Notes under the pieces: model-generated
Database searches by the model: none
The model's input: the letters and a program-made list of their open reading frames with translations, nothing else
Told to the model about the DNA's origin: nothing
Assembly: GCA_013265495.1 (NCBI GenBank)
Contig: MU058059.1
Span: forward strand, 1,116,001-1,180,000
From: Vicugna vicugna
Lineage: Eukaryota
Length of the DNA stretch: 64,000 nt
Direction: 5' to 3'
Part shown: positions 62,211 through 64,000 of the stretch, in pieces
How the letters are laid out: each line of letters starts with the position of its first letter
How positions within the stretch are numbered: position 1 is the stretch's first letter
Program-made: the position numbers and the translations under genes

Positions 62211-64000
62211 TCAAAAGACCCAGGATATCTATTGGCTGCGATAAACCACGCTCCTGCTGCAGCAGAGACGTGGTGACTTCTGTCCAGCGGTCTCTCAGGA
62301 CACTTCTGCGCAGGATGCAGAGCCCGATCTTGTATTAGTTTGGAAGCTCTCGCATTCCCGAGTCCAAATGTGCAGCCCTGGGCTTGGAGTTAGAGAACTT
62401 CCTTCTATTTCGGAACCCTGCCACCTGCACTCCAGCTGTTCTGCTCCGGATGGTCCGTGACTCTTGCTCTGTGGATCATTCTGAATAATTTGTGGGTTTT
62501 CTTACAAAACACAAAGCAGTGAAAATGGCCCTTTTTGGTCTGGGACGGGGAGTAAAGAGGATGAAGGGAGGAAGGATTGAGAGGACCCCCTTCTGTCTCT
62601 TCTCTGCTGTTTCGCTGATTCTGTCCCCATTAACTTCTAGATCAGTGACCCAGGGTGTGCTGCCTGAGCCCATCCCAGTGAGCCCGTGGGGGATCCTCCT
62701 TGGGGAGACCAGATTGCTGTTCTGGGACCCCTTCCCAGTTTCATCCCCACTGCAGGCTCACTGATCCCCGTGCCTTTGAATGTTTGCCTGGGGAACACCA
62801 TATGTGTAAACTAAGTTTACCAAGCAGTATGCTTAAGAATAAATTTCAAGATGCTATCTTTTCAGCAGCCTGTGAATCACTTCAACTCATTTGTAAAATA
62901 AACTGTCTGCCAGAGGAAATTCATTTTTGATGACCGTGGAGAGCATGGACGTCGTAACACATGGGGCTCTTCCCTCCTGAGAGTCATGAGCTACCGCGCT
63001 GCGACGGATGACAACAGGCGACCAGATAAGGTATAGAGGCAGACTCCCGAGAAGGAAAAATGTATCTCACCCGTCAGACAGTGGACGCAGCCTCTGGTTT
63101 TCAGAGCTGCATGGCGTTCTGCCAGACAACGTGGACCTTATTCTGCTCTTTCACCAGAAGTAAGAAGATAAATATTATAATTAAAAAGAAAGATTTTATA
63201 GAGTTGCTCTGTGCCTTGATTGACCAAAGAACCATTTATCTCACTACCTGGTTAAGAAAAAAAGAAAAGCACGTCTGAAAGCTACTCCCCAGGGAGGAGT
63301 GTTAAGAGAGGGCCTGGGCACCAACACGGGAGGGGCTCGCTGCATCCTGACGGGTGGAGGGAACTCTGTCAACAGTGAGCGAGATTTGCTACCTGTGCTG
63401 GGCCTCAGATGCACTGTTTCTATTTTATTGGATTTTGTTGCCTCTTCCTGTCTCTGGGATTGTCGGCTGAATGGTGCCTCTTCAGCTCTGTCTGCTCAGT
63501 CTGTTGTTTTTTTCACATCCTTATCTGGAGAAGGGAAGCTGGGGCTGGCGAGTGATGCTGAGAGATATGAGTGAAAAGCAATCAGCGCTCCTTCATCAGG
63601 AGCAAAGTCAGGAAGTAGGTCGTTCCTGAGGTTCAGAGCCCTGTGCAGCGACCTCCTCAGGGAGCGTCCCAGATGGTGCTGGGGAACTGTCCCGGGAGAA
63701 GCCATGTCACAGAAATGCGCACCGGAAACTGCTGACACTCCAAGGCGGACTGCGGCAGGGTTAAGAAACTGCAGGAATGCTCTTGGTTTCCTTGCTGCAA
63801 TAATTGTACTAATTGTGCTGTCTTCTCTTTTCCAGCACGCTTCCTGGTAGCAGTTCCAGGCAGGGTTGTGCTTCTAAAATCAGTCCTCATCAGGCCCCCA
63901 GGGGTCAAATCTATCAAAGTGACTTTACCAAGTGATCCGTGTACAAGCCCTGAGCGTTGGAAGTGTGCTGTAGAATGGGGTTTCAGCGCAGGCCCAGAAG

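Overview
Mammalian nuclear DNA, not prokaryotic: no operons, rRNA, true tRNA genes or CRISPR arrays. Two tRNA-derived SINEs resembling camelid vic-1, cetartiodactyl-type L1 3' ends, and no recognisable Alu, Bov-A/BovB, PRE-1 or Can-SINE suggest a camelid (inference). The window is mostly intronic or intergenic. It is a mosaic of L1, L2, MIR, MaLR/ERVL LTRs and hAT/Tigger DNA-transposon fossils, several of them nested, with repeat-poor enhancer-like stretches, small CpG-rich patches and one strong CTCF motif. None of the supplied ORFs looks like a real unspliced gene; several are L1 ORF2 remnants. The best leads are: (i) three phase-compatible candidate exons (1-46, 8392-8477, 11209-11268) that could be the 3' end of an unidentified + strand gene; (ii) a recent 367-bp tandem duplication; (iii) an L1 flanked by an unusually long (~90 bp) direct repeat that overlaps a strong local AT-to-GC substitution bias; (iv) a MER53 hairpin carrying a miR-1302-like arm; (v) a possible lineage-specific solo LTR. 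I found no evidence for a new biological system. Repeat subfamily names come from recalled consensus sequences and boundaries are approximate.
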